Below, one piece after another: positions 35,080 through 43,156 of a stretch of 64,000 nucleotides of DNA (position 1 is its first letter; every line of letters starts with the position of its first letter). The stretch spans positions 4,320,001 through 4,384,000 of the forward strand of contig CP166615.1 of NCBI GenBank assembly GCA_041937175.2, given 5' to 3'. Under the pieces are notes generated by a model. That model was not told the DNA's origin. It saw only the letters and a program-made list of their open reading frames with translations, and made no database searches. The stretch is from Limnothrix sp. BL-A-16 (GTDB lineage Bacteria; Cyanobacteriota; Cyanobacteriia; CACIAM-69d). The translations under genes and the position numbers were made by a program.

Positions 35080-35775
35080 ATGGGGAGTAAAGCGGTGCGG
35101 TCCAGGGATGAGGCGATCGGGACGGAATCGTTGCCCGATCGCCCCCTGGCCGACTCCATTCCTCCGGCTCCCGATCAATCCCCATGGACTGCGGGGGTGG
35201 ATGAGGTGGGCCGCGGAGCACTGTTTGGGCCCGTGGTGGCGGCGGCTGTGATTTTGACAGCCGAGGCGGAAAGCGACTTGCGAACTTTGGGCGTGCGGGA
35301 TAGCAAGCAACTCTCGGCTCGCCAACGCCAAGCCCTGGTGGAACCGATTCGCGATCGGGCGGTGGCCTGGGCGATCGCGGAAGCTTCCGTGGCCGAAATT
35401 GATCAACTCAATATTTTGCAAGCCACTTTGCTGGCCATGCGGCGGGCCCTGGAGCAATTGCATCCTCGCCCCGATCGCTGCCTGGTGGACGGCAATCGCC
35501 CCATTCCCAACTTGTTTTGCCCCCAAGAAACGCTCATTCAGGGCGATCGACAATCGATCGCGATCGCTGCCGCCAGCATTTTGGCGAAAGTTCACCGCGA
35601 TCAACAGATCATTGACTGCGCGGCACAATACCCGGGCTATGACCTAGCTGCCAACAAGGGCTATGGCACGGCGGCCCATCGGGCAGCCTTACAAACCCTT
35701 GGCCCCACGCCGCTCCATCGACGTTCTTTCGCACCCTGTCAGTTGACCCTAAATCTCAGTGAGCTTCCGAGATAG
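35080..35775 (+). CDS. rnhB: Ribonuclease HII
   Basis: AGVDEVGRGALFGPVVAAA, DSKQL, VDGN, AAASILAKVHRD, KGYGT..H, HRRSF. Confidence 0.97.
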   Translation: MGSKAVRSRDEAIGTESLPDRPLADSIPPAPDQSPWTAGVDEVGRGALFGPVVAAAVILTAEAESDLRTLGVRDSKQLSARQRQALVEPIRDRAVAWAIAEASVAEIDQLNILQATLLAMRRALEQLHPRPDRCLVDGNRPIPNLFCPQETLIQGDRQSIAIAAASILAKVHRDQQIIDCAAQYPGYDLAANKGYGTAAHRAALQTLGPTPLHRRSFAPCQLTLNLSELPR

Positions 35776-36334
35776 GGTCAGGATCTGCAAAAGCAATCTG
35801 GCGATAAATCGTTTTCACGGATAGGGTTAGATCGATCGCCCCTAGATTGATCGCGTCGTCTAGGCCATAGTCCGACAATACCCACTGGCCCCGATCGTTC
35901 CGTTCAAACACTTCAATGGCCGGGCGATCGACCTGCACCAAAATGTAGGTTTGCAGGGTGTCTAAACGGCGGTAGGCGGCAAACTTTGCCCCGCGATCGA
36001 AGGATTCCGTAGAGGGTGATAGGACTTCGACAATCAAGGATGGAAATTGGATGAAGCGCTCATCTTGGTCGCGATCGTCGCAGGTCACCACCAGATCGGG
36101 ATAGAAATACTTGCGCCCTGGAACTGCCTGCACTTTGATATCGGAAATATAGACCTCACAGGGGCGATCGGCGAGGGCTGCGAAAATGTTACCGGCGATG
36201 CGATTGTGCGATCGGGTGCTGCCGCTCATGGCGATCGGTTCGCCGTCCCAAAATTCGTGGCGTTCCGCTTGGATGGTTTCCCAGGCAAAGTATTCCTCAG
36301 CCGTCAGTAGCGGGCGATCGGGTAAGGCAACCAT
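35756..36334 (-). CDS. Uma2 family endonuclease
   Basis: RHEFWDGE..AMSG, FYPDLVVTCD, VEVLSPSTESFDRGAKF. Confidence 0.9.
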   Translation of the reverse strand: MVALPDRPLLTAEEYFAWETIQAERHEFWDGEPIAMSGSTRSHNRIAGNIFAALADRPCEVYISDIKVQAVPGRKYFYPDLVVTCDDRDQDERFIQFPSLIVEVLSPSTESFDRGAKFAAYRRLDTLQTYILVQVDRPAIEVFERNDRGQWVLSDYGLDDAINLGAIDLTLSVKTIYRQIAFADPDPISEAH

Positions 36335-36385
36335 GGGCAGCGATCGGGCGCGATCAGACCAACATCTAACTTCAGGATACAAAAC

Positions 36386-37615
36386 CTAGGGATAGAGAGC
36401 CGTGCCGGTGCTGGGGTCGAATAGATAGAGTTGGTCGCTGGGAATCGATAGCCACAATTCATCACCCAGGGCGATCGGCCGATCGGGCGGCAGGCGCACC
36501 TGCAACGGTTTGGCCGGGGCCTCTTCCAAGGTGCGTACTAATCCCCGGTCGATCGGTTCCACCAGCGCGTAGGTTTCCGACCCCAGCGCCTCCACCTGCA
36601 ACACGCGCACCGGCAAATTTTTCGGCGCAGGTAAACCATCGCTCCAGTGCTCTGGCCGCACCCCCAGCCACAACGCCCGGCCGTCGTAGGGTTCTAGGGT
36701 TTTGTCCCAAATTTCCGGCAGGGTCATCCGAAATTCGCCATTGGTCAGCAACGCTGGCCGCTTCACCCACACGGGCAAAAAATTCATGGTAGGTGAGCCG
36801 ATGAACTCCGCTACAAACCGATTAGCCGGCTGGCGATAGAGTTCCAGCGGTGCGGCGATTTGCTGGATTTGCCCACCGTTGAGCACCGCAATTCGATCGC
36901 CCATGGTCATCGCTTCCACCTGGTCGTGGGTGACATAAACCGTGGTGGTTTTCAGCTTGCGTTGGAGTTGCACAATTTGCGATCGGGTCTCCGTGCGCAA
37001 CTTCGCATCCAAATTACTCAGCGGCTCATCCATCAAAAAGACTTGCGGGTTCCGAGCGATCGCCCGACCCAGAGCCACCCGCTGCTTTTGGCCGCCGGAC
37101 AATTCCTTGGGCAGCCGATCAAGCAAATGATCAATTTGCAGCATTTCCGCCACGTGCCGCACCTGCTGGGCGATCGCTCGCTCCTGCTCCGACTCGTAGC
37201 GCCACGGTTTGGGGAGTCGCCGCGTCAGCCCCACCGCCAGCGGTTCCCATTTTTGCCAACCTTCGGCGGCGGGAGGATTCAACCGCCGTAGACCGAAAGC
37301 GATGTTGTCATAGACATTCAGGTGTGGATAGAGCGCATAGCTTTGGAACACCATGGCCACGTCCCGCGCCTTGGGGGGCAAGGGATCGACGCGCCGATCG
37401 CCCACCCAAATTTCGCCGCCCGTCACGGCTTCCAGCCCCGCAATCGATCGCAGCAGGGTGCTTTTGCCGCAACCGGACGGCCCCACCAGCACCAAAAATT
37501 CGCCATCCTCGATCGTCAGGCTAATCCGCCGCAACACGGCCGTGGGACTGCCACCGGGCGCGCGATCGCGGGGCGGATAGCTTTTGTAGACGTTATCCAA
37601 AACGACACGAGCCAC
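36386..37615 (-). CDS. Sugar/osmolyte ABC transporter ATP-binding subunit (MalK/MsmX/GgtA-like)
   Basis: GPSGCGKS, MVFQSYALYPH, LSGGQKQR, MDEPLSNLDAKLR, YVTHDQVEAM, C-terminal TOBE-like region. Confidence 0.92.
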   Translation of the reverse strand: MARVVLDNVYKSYPPRDRAPGGSPTAVLRRISLTIEDGEFLVLVGPSGCGKSTLLRSIAGLEAVTGGEIWVGDRRVDPLPPKARDVAMVFQSYALYPHLNVYDNIAFGLRRLNPPAAEGWQKWEPLAVGLTRRLPKPWRYESEQERAIAQQVRHVAEMLQIDHLLDRLPKELSGGQKQRVALGRAIARNPQVFLMDEPLSNLDAKLRTETRSQIVQLQRKLKTTTVYVTHDQVEAMTMGDRIAVLNGGQIQQIAAPLELYRQPANRFVAEFIGSPTMNFLPVWVKRPALLTNGEFRMTLPEIWDKTLEPYDGRALWLGVRPEHWSDGLPAPKNLPVRVLQVEALGSETYALVEPIDRGLVRTLEEAPAKPLQVRLPPDRPIALGDELWLSIPSDQLYLFDPSTGTALYP

Positions 37616-37685
37616 GGCAATTCAACTAGAGCGCAGGTCTCGACCATTATATGGATTGGGATATGGATTGATCTGTGGGGATTGG

Positions 37686-38264
37686 TTATTGGGATTCGCT
37701 AAACACGACGCGGCGATAAATTTGGGCGATCGGCAGGGTGACGGGCAAGGTTTTGAGGGCGATCGCCTGGGTGCGATCGCTGTAGTCACAAAATTGCCAA
37801 TTCGAGTCATCCAGCTTCCAAAAATGGGTGATGAAGGATTCATCTTGCCGAACCAACAGATATTCCGCAAACTCAGGAATCGATCGATAAAATCGAAACT
37901 TGTCAGCACGATCAAACAGTTCCGTAGAGGGCGACAACACCTCAACTAAAAAACAGGGATTCAGCACCTCATCATCCCGATCGTCATGCCGTTGGGGCAA
38001 TCCAGCAATCACCATCACATCGGGATAAGTTCCCCGTTGATAGGTCGGAATCCAGAGCCGTAGATCACTGTTAAAAACCTCAAACTGGGTTTGATCCAGT
38101 TGGCTAATCAATAAACTGCAAATCTCCGTTGCAATTCGGCTGTGATTAATTGACCCTCCCGGCATTTCCCAGATGACTCCATTGGCATATTCGTGACGTT
38201 GTTCCGATGTTTCCTCAAGCGATCGGTACTTAGCCAATGAATAGCGTTGTTCAATCGCTAGCAT
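37686..38264 (-). CDS. Uma2 family endonuclease
   Basis: RHEYANG..MPGGSINH, YPDVMVI, VEVLSPSTELFDRADKF. Confidence 0.9.
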   Translation of the reverse strand: MLAIEQRYSLAKYRSLEETSEQRHEYANGVIWEMPGGSINHSRIATEICSLLISQLDQTQFEVFNSDLRLWIPTYQRGTYPDVMVIAGLPQRHDDRDDEVLNPCFLVEVLSPSTELFDRADKFRFYRSIPEFAEYLLVRQDESFITHFWKLDDSNWQFCDYSDRTQAIALKTLPVTLPIAQIYRRVVFSESQ

Positions 38265-38271
38265 GATGTTT

Positions 38272-38895
38272 TTACCTCTCTAGATGATCGATAGTCTTCA
38301 AGATCACTTGAAAAATCCCTAGAATCGTTTGGATTTCTTTAAAATAATATTCATCTCGATCAATATAAACCGCGCGATCGCGCAGCTTCAGAAACTTCCA
38401 AGTTGTACCCGTGGTCACTACCCCATAAACCCAAGGCAGAGGACGATTTTCCCGTTCATTAAATAACCAAGCAGCGTACATCGTGGCAATGCATTGGCCC
38501 AAGCCCGCGACGATATCTTCTTTTTTCGCTTCCACAATGGCGATCGCGGGAGCAGCAATATACAGTTGCTCAGGACTCAGGCTCAAGAGGTAGTCACACT
38601 GACCGTATAGACCTCGCTTGCGATCGACCGTGAAACTCCGTCCCGAAAAAAGGCTAATTTGGGCATGAACCTGCTTACGTACCTCGGTCAAAATGGGTGC
38701 AATGATCCATTCTGATCGGGATTTTTCAGTATTAATGGCCAGGGCCATAGAAGTCCCTTCGGCCAGGGTTAATTCTAAATAAGGGCTAATGGTCACGGAT
38801 GGAATTTGGCTGAGATCAAAAAGTGATTGATCTTCAACTAAGGTGATGCCAAATGTTTCCTTGACGGTCTTAAGAGAAAACTTGCTGTAGGCCAT
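38272..38895 (-). CDS. Hypothetical PD-(D/E)XK-fold protein (HsdR N-terminal-like), paralog of 5350-5970
   Basis: MAYSKF, TEKSRSEWIIAPIL, GQCDY, IVEAKK, GLGQCIA, YGVVTTG..WKFL. Confidence 0.75.
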   Translation of the reverse strand: MAYSKFSLKTVKETFGITLVEDQSLFDLSQIPSVTISPYLELTLAEGTSMALAINTEKSRSEWIIAPILTEVRKQVHAQISLFSGRSFTVDRKRGLYGQCDYLLSLSPEQLYIAAPAIAIVEAKKEDIVAGLGQCIATMYAAWLFNERENRPLPWVYGVVTTGTTWKFLKLRDRAVYIDRDEYYFKEIQTILGIFQVILKTIDHLER

Positions 38896-38997
38896 TTTGA
38901 AACGCTGGCTGTCCGCAATTTTGTTGAAGATTGGGCAAGTTCAGACGTACTGAGAAAATCCTGCTCCACCCAAGCTGCGACACAGTGACTGAGGCTA

Positions 38998-39123
38998 GGG
39001 GCTGTCCCCTAATTCTTGTGTTGCGAGATCTCGGGGGCAAGGGGCTTAAGCCCCTTGTCTAGAGCGGTTGCAATCAGCACATCAGTTATCCAGTGTTGAT
39101 CGATCCAATTCGATGGCGTGTCC
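38998..39123. mobile_element. Degenerate MITE-like element with the CAAGGGGCTTAAGCCCCTTG palindrome
   Basis: Palindrome at 39038-39057; weak terminal inverted repeats GGGGCTGTCCCCTAATT / AATTCGATGGCGTGTCC with TA on both flanks; boundaries tentative. Confidence 0.5.
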
Positions 39124-39183
39124 TAACCCTGGCTAAACCTGATTATGGCACTCCCGGACGATCGGCTCGGAGATGAGTGATAA

Positions 39184-39209
39184 TTTACAAAAGTTTACAA
39201 ATTTATAAT
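39184..39209 (+). promoter_or_regulatory. HLR1 (RpaB-binding) direct repeat adjoining a -10 box upstream of crtD
   Basis: TTTACAAA-AG-TTTACAAA at 39184-39201, then TATAAT at 39204-39209. Confidence 0.75.
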
Positions 39210-39231
39210 TCATCCCTGATCGCTCTGTCCT

Positions 39232-40785
39232 ATGACCCAAACCACCGCAACCGACGCAAACCGCCCGATCGTGGTGATTGGGGCGGGAATTGGCGGCCTG
39301 ACCACGGCGGCCCTGCTGGCGCGACGGGGGCGATCGGTCAAGGTGTTTGATTTGGCGATCGTGCCGGGGGGCTGTGCATCCACCTTTCGGCGGCGGGGCT
39401 TCACCTTTGAGGTGGGCGCGACCCAGGTGGCGGGGTTGGAACCGGGCGGCATCCATCACCGGATTTTTGGCGAATTGGGCATCGAGCTGCCGGCCGCCCA
39501 GCCCTGCGATCCGGCCTGTGCGGTGTTTTTGCCGAGGGAAACGGAGCCGATTTCCGTGTGGCGCGACCCCGATCGCTGGCGGGCAGAGCGATCGCGGCAA
39601 TTTCCCGGGAGCGAACCCTTTTGGCGGCTGTTGGCGGATTTATTTCGCTATAGCTGGGAGTTTCAGGCGGGCGATCCGGTGTTGCCGCCGGGAAATGCTT
39701 GGGATGTGGCGCAACTGCTAAAGGCGGTGAAACCTAGCACCCTGCTGACGGCTCCCCATGCTTTTTCGACGGTGGGCGACCTGTTGCGGCGGCTGGGCTT
39801 GGCGGGCGATCGCCGCTTGAAAACCTTTTTGGATATGCAACTGAAGCTCTATTCCCAGGTGGGGGCGGACGAAACGGCCCTGCTCTACGCGGCGACAGCG
39901 CTGGGCCTGTCCCAGGAACCCTTTGGGCTGTACCACCTGGAGGGCAGTATGCAGGTATTGAGCGATCGCCTGTTGGAATCGTTAACCCGGGACGGCGGCC
40001 AGCTCCAGATGCGCCATCGGGTCGAGCGGATCATCACCGAACATGGCCAGACGACGGGTGTACTGGTTCGGAACCTGAAAACCGATGAGACCTGGATTGA
40101 ACCGGCGGCGGTGGTGGTGGCCAATGTGCCGATCCAGAACTTGACGGAGATGGTCAATTGGCCGAGCGATCGCCCCTGGTTCGATCGCCTGGCCACGGAT
40201 TTCTATCGATCGCGCGCCGAAAAACTGCCGGAACCCTCGGGCGCATTCGTGGTCTATTTGGGGGTCGATCGCGCCGCCCTACCCACCGACTGCCCACCCC
40301 ACCTGCAATTCCTCTACGACTGGGACGGCCCCGTGGGCGAAAACAACTCGCTGTTTGTGTCCGTCAGCCGCGAGGGTGATGGACGCGCCCCGGCCGGGAT
40401 GGCGACGATCACGGCTTCTTCCTTTGTGGATCCGCAGCCTTGGTATCGTTGCCGCGATCGGGCGGAGTACGAAGCCCTAAAAACCCGCTACACGGAAGAG
40501 GCGATCGAGAAGCTGGGCCGTTATTTCCAGCTTGATGCCGGGGCGATCGTCCATTGCGAAGCCGCCACCCCCCGCACCTTTGAAGACTTCACGGGCCGCA
40601 AGTTCGGCTACGTGGGCGGTGTGGGAATGCGCGTTTCGACCTTTGGCCCCTTCGCGATCGGGAATCGCACGCCGGTTCCAGGTCTCTGGCTGGTGGGCGA
40701 CTCCACCCACCCGGGCGAAGGCACAGCAGGCACGAGCTATTCCGCCCTCACCACCGTCCGCCAAATGACCGCCGCCGGGTTTTGA
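39232..40785 (+). CDS. crtD: Carotenoid C-3',4' desaturase
   Basis: VVIGAGIGGLT FAD motif, GGCASTFRRRGFTFEVGATQVAGLEPGGIH, QLKLYSQ, GDSTHPGEGTAG. Confidence 0.9.
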   Translation: MTQTTATDANRPIVVIGAGIGGLTTAALLARRGRSVKVFDLAIVPGGCASTFRRRGFTFEVGATQVAGLEPGGIHHRIFGELGIELPAAQPCDPACAVFLPRETEPISVWRDPDRWRAERSRQFPGSEPFWRLLADLFRYSWEFQAGDPVLPPGNAWDVAQLLKAVKPSTLLTAPHAFSTVGDLLRRLGLAGDRRLKTFLDMQLKLYSQVGADETALLYAATALGLSQEPFGLYHLEGSMQVLSDRLLESLTRDGGQLQMRHRVERIITEHGQTTGVLVRNLKTDETWIEPAAVVVANVPIQNLTEMVNWPSDRPWFDRLATDFYRSRAEKLPEPSGAFVVYLGVDRAALPTDCPPHLQFLYDWDGPVGENNSLFVSVSREGDGRAPAGMATITASSFVDPQPWYRCRDRAEYEALKTRYTEEAIEKLGRYFQLDAGAIVHCEAATPRTFEDFTGRKFGYVGGVGMRVSTFGPFAIGNRTPVPGLWLVGDSTHPGEGTAGTSYSALTTVRQMTAAGF

Positions 40786-40808
40786 TGCAGAGTTTAGCTA
40801 GAGCGATC
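40661..40808 (+). repeat. Copy 1 of a 148-bp direct repeat (crtD 3' end plus 23 bp downstream)
   Basis: Matches 42084-42231 with 3 mismatches by eye. Confidence 0.95.
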
Positions 40809-41376
40809 GCTCCAAAACTTCGTCAGTAACCTGAACCGATTGAAGAAACTCCATTAGTGCTTGAATCACCTTGGATTCACGCAAAGTTGCAATATCTTGG
40901 TCAGTCAAATTGATTAATAGATGGCTGATTAATAGATGGACTTGATTTTTTACATTTTCAGCCCGAAAAAACAACCGCTCTAAGACCTGTCTAGGCTGAT
41001 AAGTTGCCTGACTTAGGAGATCTGGTGCAGGTGCATAACCTAGCAGGCGCGTCAGCAAAGAAACATCGTGAAAAAAAATGCTTTCTAAAGCTGGAACTGC
41101 TGGAATAACCTTCACAGGCGTGTTGGCGGCAAGACTGTTGAGGAGTTCTTCAATATCTTTCACTCGTTGCTGAATTTGCTCAAGCACTACCGAATCTGAA
41201 TCAACTACAACTGCTACAGGAGATTGGCGGCGCACAACTAAAGAAAGAGCCAAAGACTTGAGAGCATATAGCCCGCCCGCAGCTACAATCTCAACATTTT
41301 TAGTTAACTCCGATGGCAGTACCTTTTTTAGTAATTGAACATCAACTTGCCTTTCACAAACAACATAAGTTTTCAT
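40798..41376 (-). CDS. Hypothetical protein with TOPRIM-like acidic motifs
   Basis: YVVCE..D, AGG, VAVVVDSDS (DxD), AVPALESIF; start overlaps the upstream gene's stop (ATGA). Confidence 0.65.
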   Translation of the reverse strand: MKTYVVCERQVDVQLLKKVLPSELTKNVEIVAAGGLYALKSLALSLVVRRQSPVAVVVDSDSVVLEQIQQRVKDIEELLNSLAANTPVKVIPAVPALESIFFHDVSLLTRLLGYAPAPDLLSQATYQPRQVLERLFFRAENVKNQVHLLISHLLINLTDQDIATLRESKVIQALMEFLQSVQVTDEVLERSL

Positions 41377-41927
41377 GGAATATCCCTCTCTCGAACATCA
41401 TAGTCAGGTAAACCGTCTTCTACGCATACTCGATATTTCAGCATTAGTAATTCGCAAATCGACTCCCTTTCTAATGCATACCTGATTTCTTCTCCGCTCC
41501 ACAACAGAATAGTTTGAGGCAATGAAAAATATGATAAATGCCGAGATGGGTCGGTAAATCCTGTTCTACTAAACACTAAGCCAAGAGTGCTTGCGGGGCG
41601 ACGTAGAAGCTGATTGCGGAGCTTGGCAATGGGTGCAATATCAACGTTAACCCTGTCTGCCAGATCCTTGCTTTCTACTAAGCAAGATAGCCCTGAGTAG
41701 TAAACCACGCCATCGACTTGTTCAAGCTCTTCGCCAAATAATCTGACGCTATAGGGATATTTCACTTCTGCGCCATCAAGTTGAAACGCACGAATAATCA
41801 GATATTCAAAAGCCTTTCCTGCATCCCAGCCTGGTGTTTGGCGAGCTTCGATATCAGCCCACAAGGATCTGAGGTCTTCCCACTCCAAGGATTGCACGAT
41901 CGTTTCGTACTGCTTTGCTGTGGTCAA
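41373..41927 (-). CDS. Restriction endonuclease-like protein (Mrr_cat-type PD-(D/E)XK)
   Basis: GKAFEYLI, EQVDG, LVESKD, GLVFSRTGFT. Confidence 0.8.
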   Translation of the reverse strand: MTTAKQYETIVQSLEWEDLRSLWADIEARQTPGWDAGKAFEYLIIRAFQLDGAEVKYPYSVRLFGEELEQVDGVVYYSGLSCLVESKDLADRVNVDIAPIAKLRNQLLRRPASTLGLVFSRTGFTDPSRHLSYFSLPQTILLWSGEEIRYALERESICELLMLKYRVCVEDGLPDYDVRERDIP

Positions 41928-42083
41928 TCCTGAGTCTCCAAGGCTTGACTACGGAATTGATGAATTGGGTTTAGGCTAATTATATAGCCAGGAATAATCA
42001 TGCTTTTGGGCTATTCCAGTTCAAGCGGTGTTGTATCAATTTATTGAGTCATCGTTGCGTCTGCATGGGTAGCATGGGAATCA

Positions 42084-42231
42084 GGAATCGCACGCCGGTT
42101 CTGGGTCTCTGGCTGGTGGGCGACTCCACCCACCCGGGCGAAGGCACAGCGGGCACGAGCTATTCCGCCCTCACCACCGTCCGCCAAATGACCGCCGCCG
42201 GGTTTTGATGCAGAGTTTAGCTAGAGCGATC
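42084..42231 (+). repeat. Copy 2 of the 148-bp crtD 3'-end direct repeat (crtD fragment)
   Basis: Encodes NRTPVLGLWLVGDSTHPGEGTAGTSYSALTTVRQMTAAGF-stop. Confidence 0.95.
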
Positions 42232-42280
42232 ATCATGAACACTAAACCAAGGGCGCTCGCGAGGCGAAGCAACACTACCT

Positions 42281-42328
42281 TTTAAGTGGAAAAGATTTAT
42301 GCAATTTAAGTGGAAAAGATTTATGCAA
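42281..42328. repeat. Perfect 24-bp tandem duplication
   Basis: TTTAAGTGGAAAAGATTTATGCAA x2. Confidence 0.9.
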
Positions 42329-42451
42329 TTCTCGTTGGGGAAGCTGGCACACCTGCGGCATCCAAAGATCAGCCTGAAACGATCCTGAGACGATGACGAT
42401 CGCCCTGTGGATCGATCGCGCCTTTTTAACCCTGAACCGTTACCCAGCGCC

Positions 42452-42922
42452 ATGATTGAGGAATCACAACCCAACACTCCGTTTTGGCAAGGAATTGAGG
42501 AATTTAATCGTGGAGAGTTTTATGCTTGCCATGACACGATCGAGGCGTTGTGGGTGGTGGCAAATGAGCCGGAGCGCACGTTTTATCAAGGAGTTTTGCA
42601 AGTGGCGGTGGCGCTCCATCACCTCAGCAATTTGAATTGGCGTGGAGCGGCTATTTTGTTGGGTGAAGGGTTAAGCCGCTTGAATAAATATGACGATCAC
42701 TACAGTGGAATTGATGTAAACCAGTTCATTGCCCAGGTGGCGGATGTTTTGCACTTCGTGCAAGTGATGGGGCCCGATCGGGTAGAAACTGCCGCGATCG
42801 CCTTGGGATTACGAACTGGGTCGCTTCCTGTGGAGTTGGGAAGTTTGGAATCATTTCCTCAGCAATCTTTGCCGCGTATCCTGCCGGCCGCCCAAGCCTG
42901 CTCGGGAGAAGAAACCCCGTAA
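42452..42922 (+). CDS. DUF309 domain protein
   Basis: FNRGEFYACHDTIEALW, FYQGVLQVAVALHH, N.RGA. Confidence 0.9.
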   Translation: MIEESQPNTPFWQGIEEFNRGEFYACHDTIEALWVVANEPERTFYQGVLQVAVALHHLSNLNWRGAAILLGEGLSRLNKYDDHYSGIDVNQFIAQVADVLHFVQVMGPDRVETAAIALGLRTGSLPVELGSLESFPQQSLPRILPAAQACSGEETP

Positions 42923-43156
42923 GAAAAGGGCCGGGGCAGCAAGATTCTGTCCACAATTCTCTAAATTTGTCCGATTGATCGGTAAGATTCAAAAACATCC
43001 CCATTGAATTTCAATCGGGCGAAATAGCAATTCAGTAGGACTTGAATAGCCCTTAAATGATCGTCGGCTGGCAGTGAGGCCATTGGCACCCGCCTTCTGA
43101 CTGATCGGATCGTTCGGCGCGATCATGCTGCGTGATCGTTTTCAGGAAGCGCGTTT

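Noticed and set aside
42281..42328. 24-bp repeat as a CRISPR remnant
   Set aside because: Two copies directly adjacent, with no spacer and no cas genes; a simple tandem duplication
42217..42477. 86-aa minus-strand ORF ending in repeat copy 2
   Set aside because: It overlaps the DUF309 start and runs through the tandem duplication, with no recognisable motif
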